DNA of 54,622 nt, filler included, from Sluysia triapertura (Eukaryota), in the NCBI GenBank assembly GCA_046118255.1. It is 4 parts of 4 records of this genome, joined end to end, with 100 filler letters (N's around TTAATTAATTAA, not from the genome) between each part and the next. Parts side by side here need not be neighbours in the genome. Positions count along the whole stretch, not along the records: positions 42,272 to 54,622 come from JBJNIA010117195.1; 3 more parts are not named here. One strand, 5' to 3'. Below, piece after piece: positions 51,961-54,622 of the stretch; within the stretch, counting starts at the first letter, position 1, and each line of letters starts with the position of its first letter. The notes below the pieces were generated by a model, which saw only the letters and a list, made by a program, of their open reading frames with translations, searched no databases and was not told the DNA's origin. The translations under genes were made by a program, and so were the position numbers.

Positions 51961-52490
51961 TGTAGTGGCCAACACCCATAAGTCAAAATTCTTCAAAACT
52001 CAATAACACCTAAATCACAATCATACTCAACATTATCAAATCACAACAACTTATTCACAAAAAACATAATATATAAATCCATCTCATTCCATACTATCGA
52101 ATCATAGTAACTCATGCATAATAAACAATATTCGACATTTATAACAATCCAACGGTATACACCCCGAGCAATTCGACCTATTCTCTCAATCATTGACCTT
52201 ACACTATAATTCGATAATTAATGCCAAATAATCCATAACATTCACTCATAAGTCATTCTATCAAATCAAACCACAACCATAATACATAATATGTAAATCA
52301 CAAATACATTAATACCATACAACAATATCAACAGTACCTCAGACAGAGAAAACATTAACATTAAAACCTCGAATCAACTACACCAAACCAAACACACTTC
52401 ATTTACACATTAATTATCAACATTTTTTAACAACATCACAAATACGCTAAGATTTATTTTGTAATTGTCTTTTAAATTAAATAAACTACA
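51961..52490 (+). mobile_element. Probable solo LTR (~530 bp)
   Basis: TGTAGT...ACTACA inverted termini, AATAAA overlapping the 3' end and strong C/A strand skew. No clear TSD. Confidence 0.6.
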
Positions 52491-52835
52491 ACCTTCTAAT
52501 AAGCATTTCAAACCAATATATTCAACGCATAAATCTTGTTTTCTATTTCAAACTTTAAATAAATCTCAAAAAATTATTCCCTCTTTCTTTTTTTCCAATC
52601 GCAGCTCAAATCACATTACATTTACATAAATAACATATCAAGGCTTTAAAAAATTCATCCTCTTACTGTGAAGCAACAACGATAATCGAGACGTAGTATA
52701 CCTCGTTACCGTTGCTCCTTCACAGCATGTGATGTGTTTTCTTCCTTTTTTTATTTTATATGTAAGAAATTAAAGAATTTAAAAGAAAAGATTATGTTTA
52801 TAAAGATAACAGAGATTTTATGCAATTACTTTTAT

Positions 52836-52836
<1 letters not shown>

Positions 52837-52873
<37 letters not shown>

Positions 52874-52893
52874 CATATTATTATTATTATTAT
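52837..52893. repeat. Head-to-head (AAT)n/(ATT)n microsatellites
   Basis: Read directly; the arrangement is self-complementary. Confidence 0.9.
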
Positions 52894-53346
52894 AAAACAT
52901 TCAAATGATTTTTGTCAAGTACAATCTGAATTAAAATTTGCAATTAATTGTAGTTCAACCTGGTTGCTACCATCACCACTGCTGACACCATACGTCACAT
53001 TTTTCATTATGGTGTCACCACTGATGGTGGTCATTCACCAGTTTTCTCATTCTTGATTTGTAATTTGAAATTGCTATGCATCACCCAATCAGAATACTTA
53101 CTGCTGAAATCACTCACTAGTACGCTGATTGGGCAAGCCAAAAATAGACCAGTAGTGATAAGAGTAACGCAAATAAGTTAATAACACTCAAAAAAGAATC
53201 GAAAAGAATTATAAAATTAAACAACAAAAAACAGCAACAGTTGAAAAACAGAAAATACTATTATCACTCTATTGTTGTAAATATTTGCAATTTAATTTCG
53301 TTTCAAACATGGTGACAATTCAAAATTTAAAACTAAAGAAGATAAT

Positions 53347-53838
53347 ATGACCACAATGGAAGTCATCAGAAAACAGATATTTACGAGATGGATTGATTCT
53401 ATTTTTCTTAAATCAAACAGTTTTAATTTTTCTAAAACGCAGCTCGGTAATCTTGATGACAAAGTCATACTTTGTGAAACTTCAGCTCTAAAAATAAATG
53501 TTGTCGATTTTATATTTAGATCAGGACTAAGTGATTCGGAACTAAAAATTGTATGCACATTGATTGATGATAATTATCCAGAATTCGATGTAAAATATGT
53601 CGAGGTACCTCAATTCCGTATAATTATAAAGTATTTAATTGAACCGATATTTCCCAGTAAAGTATTAACTTATTCACAAAAACTAGACTATGTTTTTATT
53701 CCTGATAAAACTGTCGATGTAGACAACAATTATGATCTGAAGAAAAGAAACCAATTTGTATCGTACTCATATCAGTCAATCATTAGTAGTTATCATACGA
53801 TCCGATCGATTCACCTTCATTACGTGCATAAATTATGA
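53347..53838 (+). CDS. Intronless orphan ORF (163 aa), possible divergent calponin-homology domain at the N-terminus
   Basis: IRKQIFTRWIDSIF (cf. QKKTFTRWVNS.L), NLDDKVILCE (cf. DL.DG..LC.L), NVVDFIFRSGL...LIDDN (cf. AL.FL...G....DIVDGN). Long open frame in AT-rich DNA. Confidence 0.4.
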   Translation: MTTMEVIRKQIFTRWIDSIFLKSNSFNFSKTQLGNLDDKVILCETSALKINVVDFIFRSGLSDSELKIVCTLIDDNYPEFDVKYVEVPQFRIIIKYLIEPIFPSKVLTYSQKLDYVFIPDKTVDVDNNYDLKKRNQFVSYSYQSIISSYHTIRSIHLHYVHKL

Positions 53839-54186
53839 TGATAATCAAACACGTTCATAAAGTTTTCGATATCCTGCAATTCTTACAGAACAATCATAGA
53901 ATACTTCAAGTTGCAACTTGTCAATTAACCGTCATGTACATGTCAGAAGAACAATTTCGTAATTTAATCTCATTAAGTGATTGTCAATTCCGGGACTACT
54001 CTACGATCTTACTTATAGTAAAAGCAGATATCAGAACTTTCAAGGACACGATCACTCGGGTTCTGAACATTTTCACGTGGATCTCGGACAAAGAAGTGAT
54101 TCATACTTACTTAAACGTCTTAAAATTAGTATGCTATTCTACATATGAAACGTTAACAAAAGGTTTGAAATCAATGATGCAATATC

Positions 54187-54191
<5 letters not shown>
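53835..54191 (+). CDS. Orphan ORF (118 aa) overlapping the previous ORF by ATGA; may be a frameshifted continuation of it
   Basis: Globular-looking composition, no recognisable motif; ends at an (AAT)n microsatellite. Confidence 0.3.

Positions 54192-54238
<47 letters not shown>
54188..54238. repeat. (AAT)n microsatellite
   Basis: Read directly from the sequence. Confidence 0.95.
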
Positions 54239-54329
54239 TCTTGGACGAAAATTCAATAAACTGCTGCTAATAAAAACAGTATATTTAAAACACATACAGT
54301 GAATAACTATAGTTAATAAAATAATTGAA

Positions 54330-54622
54330 TGCTAATTAAAATTCCATAAGAAGATCATCCATTTATTCAATATGTACAAGAAAATAATCAATCCTTTTGT
54401 CATTTGTTTGGATCATCGACCCACAGAGAACATTCTTCAACGAAATCATTATTTGAGACTGTCAAACTTAACTTGGATATATTATTTGTTTTTTGTCCAA
54501 AGACGTTATATAAAATAAAATTTTGTATTTTGAAAGTGTTATTATTGCAAGTGTTTCTTTTAAAAACTTAATCTTACTTACAAAATATCTAAGGAGTCGG
54601 TTCGCCTAATATATACGATTTA
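54330..54622 (-). pseudogene. Possible failed-axon-connections/metaxin-like GST_C relic at the window edge
   Basis: KSYILGEPTP*..., then a gtaagt donor, then VFGQ; resembles LG.K.Y..G..PT..DC.VFG. A homologous relic (LGYKSYITGEP) lies at ~29940-29975 on the + strand. Confidence 0.25.

Noticed and set aside
1-54622. CRISPR array, rRNA, intact tRNA or prokaryotic operon
   Set aside because: No repeat-spacer array or rRNA-like segment; spliceosomal introns and metazoan TEs show eukaryotic nuclear DNA; the only tRNA-like piece lacks a T-arm.

Overview
Very AT-rich metazoan nuclear DNA from a draft assembly. It is split into four contigs by three artificial 100-nt gaps (44 N + TTAATTAATTAA + 44 N), so linkage across gaps is unproven. 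Two spliced genes keep phase-consistent frames. (1) The 3' part of a BET-family gene on the minus strand: bromodomain, coiled-coil/low-complexity region, ET domain and Ser/Asp tail in 4 exons, 18116->5816. (2) A multi-SEA-domain gene on the plus strand, 6 exons at 30951-37925, with 35-80-nt introns plus one 5.8-kb intron. The rest is mostly decayed material. Mobile elements: mellifera-type mariner, pogo/Tigger, piggyBac, hAT end, Gypsy gag/pol fragments, solo LTRs, MITEs, a Stowaway-like TIR and a Maverick/Polinton integrase+penton fragment. Disabled host-gene relics: FAF2-like UAS, VWD mucin, possible VWC/CTCK, SRCR/7TM and FAX-like GST_C. The most unusual unexplained signal is a shared two-inverted-repeat cassette (TGTCACC hairpin, then an inverted CCAAT..ATTGG pair) about 200 bp upstream of two unrelated intronless orphan ORFs (possible OB-fold and CH-domain proteins). 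The 35-42-nt introns are compatible with a reduced-genome invertebrate such as an orthonectid, but this is inference only. All homology calls come from manual translation and motif recognition; no searches were run.
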